Shown here one piece after another: positions 48,495 to 59,677 of a stretch of 64,000 nucleotides of DNA. How positions within the stretch are numbered: position 1 is the first letter of the stretch; every line of letters begins with the position of its first letter. Origin of the DNA: Limisphaerales bacterium (GTDB lineage: Bacteria > Verrucomicrobiota > Verrucomicrobiia > Limisphaerales > SIBE01). The stretch is from contig JBGAIN010000002.1 of NCBI GenBank assembly GCA_044225505.1, positions 1 through 64,000 on the forward strand, written 5' to 3'. Both the position numbers and the translations under genes were made by a program. Below the pieces are notes generated by a model. The model was not told where the DNA came from. It did not search any database and saw only the letters and a list, made by a program, of their open reading frames with translations.

Positions 48495-49862
48495 TTAGCG
48501 CGCGCGGCTTGGGGGTTCGGGCGCCAGTGGGACGTCGACTCCATAGGCGGCCGGCAGATAACGCCGGGTTTCTGCCACGATGACTTTGTTCAGCACGAGC
48601 AACGAGATCAGGTTGGGGATCGCCATGAGCCCATTCGTGATATCCGCAAAGTTCCACACCGCTTTGAGCGAGGTTACCGAACCAACCAGGACGGCCAGCA
48701 CCCAGAGACATCGATACGGCAGCACCGCGCGCGTGCCGAACAAATATTCCACCGCCTTTTCGCCGTAGTAAGACCATCCTAGGATCGTGCTGAACACAAA
48801 GGTCAAGAGCCCCACCGTTAGGATCAACGGGCCAATCACCGGAAAGTCCCCAAAGGCGGCTTTCGTCAACGACGCGCCGTTCAATCCCTGGGTCCATTCG
48901 CCGGAGTTAACCACCACCAGTCCAGTCATGGCACAAACCACCACCGTGTCCCAAAATGTTCCACTGCTCGACACCAACGCCTGGCGAACGGGATCACGGC
49001 TTTGGGCGGCGGCGGCAACGATCGGAGCGCTCCCCAGGCCACTCTCGTTAGAAAACAGTCCGCGGGCCACTCCGTAGCGGATGGAGTCACGGATACCCGC
49101 CCCCAAGAACCCGCCGACCGCCGCCTGCCCGTGAAAGGCGCTCTGCAAGATCAGTTGCAGTGTGTCGCCTAGCGTCGAAATCTTCATCCATAAGATCACA
49201 ACGCAGCCAAACACATAGAAAAGCGCCATGAACGGCACAAGAAACTCGCACCACCGCGCAATGGACTTGATCCCTCCCAGGATGACCGCGGCCGTAAGCG
49301 CTGCCATAAGGACGCCCGTGATCCAGAGCGGGACGTGGAACGATTCGTAAACCAAAGCCGCCACGGAATTGGCCTGGACGGCATTGCCAATGCCGAACGC
49401 CGAGATCGCGGTGAGGGCGGCAAAAACGGTGCCGAGCCAACGGCACTTCATGCCCCGCTCCAGCACGTACATCGGGCCACCGGCCATCTGACCGTTGGCA
49501 TTCGTCACCCGGTATTTCACGGACAAGAGCGCTTCGGCAAACTTGGTCGCGATCCCGAAAACGCCGGTGAGCCACATCCAAAACACCGCCCCTGGCCCAC
49601 CTGCCGCCACGGCGGTCGCGACGCCGACAATGTTCCCAGTGCCGATCGTCGCCGCCAACGCCGTCATTAACGCGCCAAAATGGCTGATGTCCCCTGCCCC
49701 TTCGCTGCGGCGTTGAAATGAGATCCGGATCGCCTGGAGGAGGTGGCGCTGAATCCCAAGGCGGAACGTCAAAAACAAGTGCGTTCCCACCAGCAGGATG
49801 AGAAGTGGCGGCCCCCAAATGAAATCACTGATCTGTCCCTAGGCCTTGTCAATGCTATCCAT
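48495..49862 (-). CDS. Alanine/glycine:cation symporter (AGCS); in-frame TAG at codon 8 (49839-49841)
   Basis: ALAATIGTGNI, GGPGAVFWMW, GGPMY, RGLFSNESGLGS. Upstream MDSIDKA*GQISDFIWGPPLLILLVG is in frame with the ORF-track product. Confidence 0.85.
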
Positions 49863-50287
49863 GGCGTGATAGCGTTAAAGATTTCGGGTCGCGACGGTGC
49901 GAACGGCAGTGGCATGGGAATGGCCTTGGTCGCCTGGATCCCCCAGGCATGAAGGCGCCGTCAGAAGGACTGGGAACGTCGTTAGCTCGACCACCAAAGC
50001 GCGGGTAGCTTGCGGACCGGTCGGCAGGGTGTCAAGACTGGCCACAGACCGTGTCGCGACTTTGGGTGTGATTAAGGACCGCGGCTGTGTTGTCAGACCA
50101 GCCGCAGACGTTTTGCCTTTTCAAGAGTTCTTCGAACAGCACGAGGTGTTTCCTCGGATGGGTGGCCGCTGCGGCTAGTCTCGTCGGACTCGCCATAGCC
50201 GCGCCCCGTGGAAGATGCTGAAGCTGACCTCAACCACTTCTAATCAAGCCTGCCTGCTTTATCGTAATACCCGGTCGATCTAGTTTC

Positions 50288-51517
50288 TTAGCGGTTGACC
50301 GCATCCAACATCGCCACGACGTTGGCGGGCGGAACGTCCGACATGATATTGTGGACCTGCTGAAAAACGTAGCCTCCCCCCGGACGCCAGATATCCATGA
50401 GAGTCCGCACGTGGTCTTGTACTTGCCCAGGGCTCCCGTGGATCAGCACGTCGCGCGTGTCGCACCCACCTCCCCAAAAAGTCAGCTTTTCGCCGAAGTC
50501 CTTTTTTAACCCGAGCGGGTCCATGCCGCGGCATGTGATCTGAACCGGATTGATGGCGTCGAGTCCCGCTGCCATTAGACCAGGCAGGAGCTCGCGGACG
50601 CCTCCACAGCAATGCAGCATAATTTTAAGGTGCGGCCCAAGCTCTCGAGTCCGTTTCCAGAGCATCGCTTCTCGAGGCTGGAAATACTCCTGGTACATCT
50701 TCGGCGAAATCTGCGGACCGGTCTGCATCCCCAAATCGTCGCCGAAAAGAATGACATCCACGTACGGTCCAACCGCAGTAATAAACCGTTCGAGGTTTTG
50801 CAGGTGCAGTTCCAGGACCCGATCCAGGAACTGGTGCGCTCGCTTTGGCTCTCCGGCCAAGAGCATGAAGAAATTGTCGTTTCGATAAAGAAATTGCCCC
50901 ATCTCCAGCAGATTCCCGCCAAAGAGCGCCAAGATGGCTTTGTCTGTCTCCTGACGAAGGCGTTTGGCACCGGCAGCGAGCGTGTTGAGTCCATTGGGCC
51001 CGCCCGTGATCGGACCGGGAACGGCCGCGACCGCGGTCCACATCGACTCTTCCTGCGCTTCGGAAAGCCGCGCGAGATCGTCCTGGTCGGCAAATGGCCA
51101 GTGGGTCTGCTCGAAATAAATGACGTCCTCAGGCATCTGCGCAAGGACCCGTTTCGACTGTTTGGATCGCAACACCCAGCGGCCTTGATTACGCTCGGGC
51201 TTGGCCCAAACTGGCATCAAGCAAGGCGTGCCATCGGGGAGTTCCCAGTCGGTCCACCACTGTTCTTCCTGAGCGAACGCCCGCCCCAGCTCAATGGTAT
51301 CCACCTTAAATCTAGCCAAAAGATCATCATCCACGACGGCCAACTGCTGAATCGGGTCGTAAATGCGGATAGGCTTTTCGGGCAGATCCAAGAATTTGCG
51401 CAATCGAGCATAGGCCATTCCCATGATTCCAGAGGATCTGTGTCCCGAGAGATCGATCGGAATGCGATCGGGTTCGACGTGGTTGAGGGCAGATCGGACG
51501 CGTTCGCGGCTGGTCAT
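50288..51517 (-). CDS. Uroporphyrinogen decarboxylase/MtaA-CmuA family protein
   Basis: MTSRERVRSALNHVEPDRIPID, GDDLGMQTGPQISP, HCCG, INPVQ, FWGGGCDT, QQVHNI. Confidence 0.85.
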   Translation of the reverse strand: MTSRERVRSALNHVEPDRIPIDLSGHRSSGIMGMAYARLRKFLDLPEKPIRIYDPIQQLAVVDDDLLARFKVDTIELGRAFAQEEQWWTDWELPDGTPCLMPVWAKPERNQGRWVLRSKQSKRVLAQMPEDVIYFEQTHWPFADQDDLARLSEAQEESMWTAVAAVPGPITGGPNGLNTLAAGAKRLRQETDKAILALFGGNLLEMGQFLYRNDNFFMLLAGEPKRAHQFLDRVLELHLQNLERFITAVGPYVDVILFGDDLGMQTGPQISPKMYQEYFQPREAMLWKRTRELGPHLKIMLHCCGGVRELLPGLMAAGLDAINPVQITCRGMDPLGLKKDFGEKLTFWGGGCDTRDVLIHGSPGQVQDHVRTLMDIWRPGGGYVFQQVHNIMSDVPPANVVAMLDAVNR

Positions 51518-52063
51518 AGAGTCTGTGTTGCGCTGTCCCGAGATCCGGGTCAATAGCAAAGCGATCATCGGTCCGCTTTGACACGGATCAACATCCCGCC
51601 AATCTGCCCGCGTCACACTCGCCAGTGGCACGGACCGGATGACCGCCCTGTGAAGCCATCCGGGCCTTCTTTAACGATTCCAAAGTTCGTTGACCTCGAT
51701 CAATCGTTTTCCCCTGGACCGCGTTACGTTAGAACGGAGGCAAGTTCGGCCGGACGCGACCCTCGCTAGGGCCGCAAAGGGCCTTGCTTGCCCGACTGCT
51801 CATGGACGAACTTGGCTTGATGCGTTGGTTTTCCGAGCTAACCGGTGAAACGGATAGTGCCGCACGCTGCACGATAATGTATCTGGATTTGCTCGAACAC
51901 GATTATTTCCCTCGATGCGACGGGACCGCCCCAACGGAAGCTGGAGATAGTCCGGCCGACGTCGGTGAACTCATCGCGCGCGAGCCGTCCATCTACCCCA
52001 TGGTGCACGTCCGGTCGACCGTTTAAGCAACGCCAGGCGTGGCCACGGGTCGGAGATAATTGT

Positions 52064-53113
52064 TCAACAGATCCGCGGTAATTGCTCACCACTCAGCAAG
52101 TGGAGAATCCGCTCCGCACCGACCGCGTTCTTGACCGAAACCAAGCCCGGGTGACCGCTCGACACCTTGCCAATGAAGCAGGCACCCTGGCTGACGGCAA
52201 AGTTTTGCAGTACGGAAAGGGCACACGCTCGTTGCTCCGCCGGAACGAACGCGATGAATCGCCCCTCATTGGCGACGTAGAGGGGGTCCAATCCCAGAAT
52301 CTCGCAAGCTCCTTGCACCTGTTCTTGAACAGGAACCTCAGATTCCTCGATCTCCATTTGGAGGCCCGCGGCGCTAGCCAGTTCGTTCAGTGCACTCGCT
52401 AACCCGCCGCGCGTCAGATCCCGTAAACAGTGGATGTCGACCCCAGCCTCTAGCATAGCCAAGACCGGGGCCGCTAGCGGAGCACAATCGCTCTCTATCG
52501 TTGTCTCAAACTCAAGCCCTTCGCGGAGGGACAGAATCGCCACACCGTGCCGGCCGACATCTCCGCTCACCAGGATCGAGTCGCCGGGTTTCACACGGCT
52601 AGGCGCGATCGGCGCGACCGACTCGATTTGCCCGATCCCTGCGGTTGAAATGAAGATGCCGTCCCCTTTCCCTTTATCGACCACCTTGGTGTCACCCGTG
52701 ACCAGCATGACGCCGGCGATCGCCGCTGCGGATTTCATCGAACGCACGACGCGCGCCAGCGTCTCTATGGCCAACCCTTCCTCCAGAATGAATCCAACGC
52801 TCAGCCAAAGCGGGCGCGCACCGCACATCGCCAGGTCGTTAATCGTGCCATTGACCGCCAATGTGCCAATATCTCCGCCCGGAAAAAACAACGGCCGTAC
52901 TACGTAGGAATCGGCCGTAAACGCCAGCTTGCCTCCCGCCCAATCGAGAATCGCACCATCATGCCGCTGGCGCAGCGCGGGGTTGTCAAATTCAGGGTAA
53001 ATGATTGTCTCCAGAAGTTGTTGCATCAACCGGCCCCCGCCACCGTGTGCGAGCAGGATCTTCGGATAATCCGAGATGGGCACGGGGCACTGCAATGAAG
53101 GTGTCGTATCCAC
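52064..53113 (-). CDS. hypE: Hydrogenase maturation protein HypE
   Basis: [42 protein letters not shown]-terminal LPRIC. Confidence 0.95.
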   Translation of the reverse strand: MDTTPSLQCPVPISDYPKILLAHGGGGRLMQQLLETIIYPEFDNPALRQRHDGAILDWAGGKLAFTADSYVVRPLFFPGGDIGTLAVNGTINDLAMCGARPLWLSVGFILEEGLAIETLARVVRSMKSAAAIAGVMLVTGDTKVVDKGKGDGIFISTAGIGQIESVAPIAPSRVKPGDSILVSGDVGRHGVAILSLREGLEFETTIESDCAPLAAPVLAMLEAGVDIHCLRDLTRGGLASALNELASAAGLQMEIEESEVPVQEQVQGACEILGLDPLYVANEGRFIAFVPAEQRACALSVLQNFAVSQGACFIGKVSSGHPGLVSVKNAVGAERILHLLSGEQLPRIC

Positions 53114-53118
53114 AAATT

Positions 53119-54240
53119 TCAAAGGTTGGATGACGGTTGGCCACGGAGGGTCCGGGACTGTCCGCGGTAACGATAATAAGCGGCGCAGGCCCCCTCCGAT
53201 GAAACCATGGTCGCGCCCAAGGGGTGTTCGGGCGTGCACGGGCCGCCAAATGCCGGGCATTCCCCAGGCCTTTTTAGCCCCTGCAGAATGAGTCCGCTGA
53301 TACACTCGGGCGATTCTTCCGCGTGCACATCAACGACGTTGAAGCGAGTTTCGGCGTCGTAGGCCCGAAAAGTGTCCTGCAACATCAATCCACTGTCCCT
53401 AATCTCGCCGAGGCCACGCCACTTTCGCGTGGTAACTCGGAATACCTGCTGCATCAATTTTTGAGCGGCGACATTCCCTTCCTGGCGCACCGACCGGGAG
53501 TATTGGTTCTCAACAACGAACCGGCCTGCTTCGAGTTGTCGAAGGCACATCCAGACTCCCTGCAGCAGATCGACTGGCTCAAACCCCGTCACGACAATGG
53601 GAACGCGGTATTGTTCCGCCACTGGTAAATACTCGTGATACCCCATGACGGCACACACATGTCCGGCTGCCAGAAACCCTTGCACGCGGCACTGGGGCGA
53701 CGACAATAACGCCTTCATTGCCGGCGGCACCAGGACTTGCGAGACCAAGACGGAAAAGTTCTTCAAACCTTCCTGAAACGCTTGGACGATGGCCAAGGCG
53801 TTGGCCGGAGCGGTAGTTTCAAACCCGACGGCAAAGAAGACGACTTCTTTGCCAGGCTCATCGCGGGCGATCTTGACGGCATCCAACGGCGAATACACGA
53901 CCCGGACATCACCGCCATTGGCTTTCACGGTCAAAAGATCGTGAGTACTGCCTGGGACGCGGAGCATGTCCCCAAAAGAACAGAACACAACGCCTGGTTT
54001 CGACGCGATCCGGATCGCCTTATCGATCGTTTCCAGGGGAGTCACACACACGGGGCATCCTGGACCATGGACCAACGTAATCCCGGACGGCAGAAGCGTA
54101 TCGATGCCATAGCGGACAATCGAATGGGTTTGTCCTCCGCAAACCTCCATGATCGTCCAAGGGCGAGTTATCCCGTTCGCTATCGCCTGCGCGAGGCGCT
54201 TGACGGCTTCGCCGTCGCGGAATTCATGAAGATACCTCAT
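53119..54240 (-). CDS. hypD: Hydrogenase maturation protein HypD
   Basis: [36 protein letters not shown]. Confidence 0.96.
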   Translation of the reverse strand: MRYLHEFRDGEAVKRLAQAIANGITRPWTIMEVCGGQTHSIVRYGIDTLLPSGITLVHGPGCPVCVTPLETIDKAIRIASKPGVVFCSFGDMLRVPGSTHDLLTVKANGGDVRVVYSPLDAVKIARDEPGKEVVFFAVGFETTAPANALAIVQAFQEGLKNFSVLVSQVLVPPAMKALLSSPQCRVQGFLAAGHVCAVMGYHEYLPVAEQYRVPIVVTGFEPVDLLQGVWMCLRQLEAGRFVVENQYSRSVRQEGNVAAQKLMQQVFRVTTRKWRGLGEIRDSGLMLQDTFRAYDAETRFNVVDVHAEESPECISGLILQGLKRPGECPAFGGPCTPEHPLGATMVSSEGACAAYYRYRGQSRTLRGQPSSNL

Positions 54241-54523
54241 GGTTGCCTGGAGGTGCGGCGGACGTCCGACTCAACGCGGACCGTTCGATCTCGGCCAACT
54301 CGTCGATTTCCCGGAGATACTCGAAAACCTTTTTTGCCTCTGCTTCATCGACGGTCGAAATGGCCAGCCCGACATGCACCAAGACGAAATCGCCGACTTT
54401 GGCTTCGGGCACGCAAGCGAGATTTACCTCTTTGACAACGCCGCCAAAGCTGACGCGACCCGCGCGCCGCAACGGATCTTCCCCTTGCACGCTCAGAATT
54501 TGCCCTGGAATTGCAAGACACAT
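54224..54523 (-). CDS. hypC: Hydrogenase maturation chaperone HypC
   Basis: MCLAIPG...[13 protein letters not shown]. Confidence 0.96.
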   Translation of the reverse strand: MCLAIPGQILSVQGEDPLRRAGRVSFGGVVKEVNLACVPEAKVGDFVLVHVGLAISTVDEAEAKKVFEYLREIDELAEIERSALSRTSAAPPGNHEVSS

Positions 54524-54525
54524 AC

Positions 54526-56961
54526 TTATTTTTTTCGCTGCGAGTTCAACTGCGCCCGCAAACCCGGTTCAGGAGAATGAGGCGCCTCCGAGAGCGAGTT
54601 GCACAAGCGTAATCCGGCCATGATTTGACCCAAGGCAATGCCACCGTCGTTTGGCGGCACCAAACGATGCCAAAAAGGTTGGAAGCCTTCCCGCTCCAGA
54701 CAAACAATAGCACGTTCTGTAAGGCATCTATTCTGGAAGCAACCGCCGGTCAAAACGACCTGAGGCCGGCCCGCAAGTTTTGCGACCTGGACGATTCCAT
54801 GAGCCAAGCTGTTGTGAATTTTGATCGATATGACGCTAGGTGGCAATTTGTTTTACATGTCAGCCAACACGCCCTGGAGGAGAGGTTCCCAATCAAGGAT
54901 GAGCGGTGGATTCAATGCATTTGAGCCCTCGACCGGCGACGACGCCAGGGCCGCGCGCGGACGGGGAGACGGCATTGGATACGCTTCCTCGCTCGTGGCC
55001 CGCTCCGCTAAGAACTCGAGTTCCATAGCCGCTTGGCCTTCAAACTCGCAACGCTGCCTGACGTTTAGAAGGCTGGCCAAGGCGTCGAAAAGACGACCGA
55101 CACTTGACGTTGGCGGCGCATTCACTCCTTTCCGGAGCATCTCGCGCAAGACCTTTGCTTCCGGCGCGGAGAAACTTCGCAGCGACGCTTGGCCTTGTCT
55201 TTCGGGTAACGCATCCCCGAACACTTCGTAAAGCAGCCCTAACGCGGAACGCCTTGGTTCGCGGGCCGCTCGATCCCCGCCAGGCAAACGAAACGGACGC
55301 CAATGCGCAAACCGAACGCACCCGGTTAAGGTCGGAACCAAAAACTCGCCTCCCCAAATGGTCGCGTCCCGACCGTAGCCCGTGCCATCCCAGGACACGC
55401 CCAGAACATCATCGTTCAGACTGTGTTCCGCCATACAAGCAAACAGGTGTGCCTCATGGTGCTGGACGTGCATGATGGGAAGACCGCTCGATTCGGCGTA
55501 TTGCGTGGCAACGTAGTCCGGGTGCAAATCAGCGGCAATCGCACCGGGTTTAGATTGGTAGAACGCTTTAAAATCCTCAATGACACGGGTAAACGCCACG
55601 TATGCCTGGGGCGTTTCGAGGTCTCCAATATGCTGACTCAAGAAAACGTTCCGACCTCGCCTTAGGGCGACACAGCTCTTGAGGTGCGCCCCGACCGCGA
55701 GTAAGTCCGGCGCCGACGGCGACGCCACCGATGTCGGCAACGAGACAGGCAAAGGCGCAAATCCTCTCGCCCGGCGGAGCACCATCTCCCGGCCTCCCAT
55801 CACGCGAACAACCGAATCGTCGACATGCCGAAGGATGGGCCGATTGTGGACGAGAAAAGCATCCGCGATCCCTGCCAACCTACCCACCGCCTCGTTCTCG
55901 TCGGTGCAGATCGGTTCGTCTGACAGGTTTCCGCTCGTTGCCACGATGGGTTGTCCGAGGGCGCGCAAAAGCAAATGCTGCAACGGCATCGCAGGGAGCA
56001 TAACGCCGAGATAGGGATTATTGGGTGCGACCTCGGGCGAGATCCAGTCCGTTGCTTCGCTTGGCTCCCCGAGGCGCCGTAACAGGACAATAGGCGCTTG
56101 GGGTGATCGCAGCAGTTGTTCTTCCAATGCGCTTATTCGGCATACGCGCCGAGCGTCCGCGATCGAAGCTAACATGAGCGCAAAGGGCTTCGCTTGGCGT
56201 CGCTTGGCCTGACGGAGGCGCGTGACCGTATCGCTCTGAGAAGCGATCGCCATCAGGTGAAATCCGCCTAACCCCTTCGCTGCGACGATGCCCCCGCGGC
56301 GCAAACGATCGACCGCACCGCGCCACGCCTCCGCGCCGGACTGCAACACCTCACCATTCGCTCCCCACAACGCGACTTGCGGACCGCACACCGGACATGC
56401 ATTGGGCTGTGCGTGAAATCGCCGATCCGCTGGGTTTTCATACTCCTCACGACACGCCGGACACAACGTAAAGGTGTCCATCGAGGTGTTTGGCCGGTCA
56501 TAAGGAAGGCGCCGCAGGATGGTAAAGCGCGGACCGCAATGAGTGCAATTGGTGAACGGATACTCAAACCTGCGATTGTTCGGGTCAAAGACTTCACGAA
56601 GACACTCTTCGCAGGTCGCAATATCCGGAAGAACCAGCGTCTCGGGTGGCGCATCGAAAACACTCGTCCGAATCTCAAAGCCTTTGAGTCCTGCGGGCGC
56701 CAGCCAGTCCGTTTGAACACTTTGAAGGCAACTGAGCGGTGGTGCGTTGTGCACGAGGGAATCGATGAACACCTCCACCTGTGCGCGCGGGCCCTCGGCC
56801 TCAATGAGCACCCCGGTGGGGGCGTTTGCCACCCAGCCCTGCACGCCAAGCCGCTTCGCCAATCGGTAGACAAATGGACGAAAACCAACCCCCTGCACCA
56901 TTCCACCAACGGTGATGTGCGCTCGGCCGGTAAGTTCGTTCGGCGTCACGGCTTCGTCCAT
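54526..56961 (-). pseudogene. hypF: Carbamoyltransferase HypF with in-frame TAA at 54853-54855
   Basis: VQGVGFRPF, CxxC zinc fingers, KGLGGFHL, ATSGN, QHHEAH, DGTGYG. The frame continues past the stop: ADM*NKLPP...HNSL...LTGGCFQN...VPPNDGGIALGQ. Confidence 0.88.
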
Positions 56962-58382
56962 TGGACCAAGGCCACCCCGGGCGCTTCCAATGTGAAATCG
57001 AAATCCTCCGAAAGACTCGAACGCCTCTCACGAATCACCGGCGTGAGCGAATGCTTTGCGTCGACCAACGACACTTGGAACTGGCAAGGTCCAGTCCACG
57101 GACATGGCTTCAATTGCAGACGAAATCGCGCGGTGCTCCCCGCAAAGTGACTCACCAATAAAGCAGCGCGGTTTCCCGAAGCATTGACCCCGGCAAGGAC
57201 TGCGACCTCATCTGGAATCGATCCCGCCACGGGGACGCGAATAGGTGTCTCCAACATCCCCCGAAACGCTTTGAACGCATAGAAGCTTGCCTTGGGTACT
57301 CCTGCAAATGAGAACAAGCCAAATCCCTGCACATCGCCTGTGTAGAAATTGGCAGCGTCAATCGAACCGTCTTGCAGGAGGATAAGGCCACAAGCAGCGA
57401 AGGCCGCACCTTTGGGTCCGGCCATGGCTTCATACCATGCTTCGCGACGAACTCCTTGCCCTTCGCGTGTCAGCGGGCCCCAGTCGTCATTGGGAAGGTA
57501 GTTCCACTCGTTCAAATGACTCTCCGTTCCCTGAAAACCGCTAGCATCGAGCAAGTGCCGCACCGCCAGCGCACGCTTGGGCAAATCCCACGGACGACTC
57601 GTGTAGCGGTGCCAGGAGAAGAAATCCAAAGGAACCTGATGTTCTCTACAATAGGTCAAGAACCGCTCGACAAACGGCGAGGGTTGAAACGAGTCGCCAA
57701 CAAATTCGCCACTTCCACCGACCGCTGGACCTCCAACTTTGAGCTCTGGGAAAGTTTTCTTAATGGCTTTAGCTGCCGCCTCGTAAAGCTGGAAGTACTC
57801 CTCATCGCTGCCCGTCCACATCGCGGGCCGCACATCCGGCTCGTTCCAGATCTCCCAATACCGAATATTGTGTTTAAACCCCTGAGCCCACCCATGATTG
57901 TAATGTCGGATAATTCCTAAGCAAACGGCCGCCCATTGCTTCGGATCGGAGGGGGGATGGACGAAGTATTTCCGGGCGGTGTGTTCGATACTCTCGCCCA
58001 AACGGTAGACAATCTGCGAGGGCACGTTGGTGATGGCTCCGATATAATCGTCCGTTGGACCAAACCGATAGTTTTCCGGTCGTTCAGGGTCGTCGCGAAA
58101 GTCTGGGAAGACTGTATGAATATCCACGGCTTCGGCGTTTACCCAAGGCACATCGTGCAGACGGGTCAAGGGAATGGCCAACTGTTGGTGATACGCCGAC
58201 ATATCCACTGTCCCACGGTAGCAGAGCGGACCAAAATTCACTCCGTGCAAAGCCCGGATCGTTCCGTTGGTCTGCTGGAAATCCACGGTAAGCTCATGCG
58301 GCAACGGTGCAGGTTGAGGTTGGACAGTTTGGGGATACGTCCAGAGCATTAGGGCAACCCACCCGTGGTAACGACGGAGCAT
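56946..58382 (-). CDS. Glycoside hydrolase family 39-like (beta-xylosidase/iduronidase)
   Basis: RLHD, YWEIWNEPD, VGGPA, LDFFSWHRY, HLNEWN. Start uncertain. Confidence 0.8.
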   Translation of the reverse strand: MLRRYHGWVALMLWTYPQTVQPQPAPLPHELTVDFQQTNGTIRALHGVNFGPLCYRGTVDMSAYHQQLAIPLTRLHDVPWVNAEAVDIHTVFPDFRDDPERPENYRFGPTDDYIGAITNVPSQIVYRLGESIEHTARKYFVHPPSDPKQWAAVCLGIIRHYNHGWAQGFKHNIRYWEIWNEPDVRPAMWTGSDEEYFQLYEAAAKAIKKTFPELKVGGPAVGGSGEFVGDSFQPSPFVERFLTYCREHQVPLDFFSWHRYTSRPWDLPKRALAVRHLLDASGFQGTESHLNEWNYLPNDDWGPLTREGQGVRREAWYEAMAGPKGAAFAACGLILLQDGSIDAANFYTGDVQGFGLFSFAGVPKASFYAFKAFRGMLETPIRVPVAGSIPDEVAVLAGVNASGNRAALLVSHFAGSTARFRLQLKPCPWTGPCQFQVSLVDAKHSLTPVIRERRSSLSEDFDFTLEAPGVALVQWTKP

Positions 58383-58489
58383 AAGCTCAATTGGGATCTC
58401 TCCGCGGGGCTTTGTCCAGTGGATTGTCAGATTTGGGCCCCGGCGCTTCATCCATCACCTGCGACGCCACGCGACCTTCCTGCAAACAG

Positions 58490-58519
58490 TTGACAGCAAG
58501 GCACGCTTATACCTAAGGT
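58490..58519 (+). promoter_or_regulatory. Possible sigma70 promoter for the substrate-binding protein gene
   Basis: TTGACA (58490-58495), 18-bp spacer, TAAGGT (58514-58519). Confidence 0.35.
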
Positions 58520-58546
58520 TCGCCCAATTTCCACGGATGTGAATCT

Positions 58547-59584
58547 ATGAAAACGCGCCTTTTCCTCGCGTGCATTGTTTCGGTCGTCACTGGGCTTCTG
58601 ACAGGTTGCAGCGATCGTCAAGAGCCCACGCCGGCAGCTTCCACGGCTCCCAAAGGCCCTCCAGCTGGCAACGTTACCATCGGCATGATGCCGAAACTGA
58701 TCAACATCGATTATTTCGACGCCTGCAAACGCGGAGCCGCCAAGGCAGCGCAAGAGCTCTCGGTCACCCTGATCTATGATGGTCCAACCGAACCAAGCGG
58801 CTCGGAGCAGAACAAATTCTTTGATACTTGGATTCGCCAGGGGGTCCAGGCCATTTGCGTAGCGCCAAACCAGCCTAAGACCATTCGACGATTCGTCGAA
58901 AAAGCCCAAGCTCAGGGAATCAAGGTTCTGACTTGGGACAGCGATGCTCCCGAAAGCGGACGTGACCTTTTTGTGAACCAGGTTGACGAACAGGTTCTCG
59001 GCGAGACGCTCATCGACGATTTAGCGAAACAGATGGGCGAAGAAGGAGATTGGGCAATCGCTATCGCCAGTCTGGACGCCGCTAACCTGAACATTTGGCG
59101 ACGGTTCGCCGAAGCCCGGGCGAAGGAAAAGTACCCGCGACTGAAGTTGGTCGCGACTGAAGTCACCAAAGAAGACGAGAATTTCGCGCGAGAGAAAGTT
59201 GAGACGCTTCTCAACGCCTACCCAACTCTGAAAGGAATTGTCGCGTTCGACTCAAACTCCGTCCCAGGCGCTTCTGAGGCCGTCAAACGCGCCGGAAAGA
59301 TCGGAAAAGTGGCCATTGTCGGCAATTCGACTCCGGGAAAAATGCGCCCATACATTAAGGATGGGGTATTGCAATCGTTCTATTTGTGGGACCCGCGCGC
59401 TTTGGGAGCTCTTACGGTTCGATTGGCTAAAATCTTGGTCGATGGCAAGCCGTTAACCGACGGCATGGACGTTCCGGGTTTCGGCAAAATCACCGTGCGG
59501 CAAACGGATCCGAAAGTGGTGATCATGGCTCAACCCATTCGTTTCACGAAAGAAAACATTGATCAGTTCGATTTCGGCATTTAG
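58547..59584 (+). CDS. Sugar/AI-2 ABC substrate-binding lipoprotein (LsrB/RhaS-like)
   Basis: Lipobox LTGC; MPKLINIDYF...GA, LTWDSD, LWDPRALG, FTKENIDQFDF. Confidence 0.85.
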   Translation: MKTRLFLACIVSVVTGLLTGCSDRQEPTPAASTAPKGPPAGNVTIGMMPKLINIDYFDACKRGAAKAAQELSVTLIYDGPTEPSGSEQNKFFDTWIRQGVQAICVAPNQPKTIRRFVEKAQAQGIKVLTWDSDAPESGRDLFVNQVDEQVLGETLIDDLAKQMGEEGDWAIAIASLDAANLNIWRRFAEARAKEKYPRLKLVATEVTKEDENFAREKVETLLNAYPTLKGIVAFDSNSVPGASEAVKRAGKIGKVAIVGNSTPGKMRPYIKDGVLQSFYLWDPRALGALTVRLAKILVDGKPLTDGMDVPGFGKITVRQTDPKVVIMAQPIRFTKENIDQFDFGI

Positions 59585-59677
59585 ACAAGATCACGAGGGT
59601 GAGGATAGGCTCCACATCCTCCGCCAGATGCAAAAGAATCTCCGCCTTTCCTGGCGGATACAATACGCCGCAGCCTA

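Noticed and set aside
49863..50287. Glycine riboswitch upstream of the AGCS symporter
   Set aside because: The conserved GGAGA / CCGAAG / CUCUCAGG elements are not visible on the minus strand.
51784..52026. 80-aa ORF between the UroD-like gene and hypE
   Set aside because: TTG start, no motif or clear RBS; cannot be supported.
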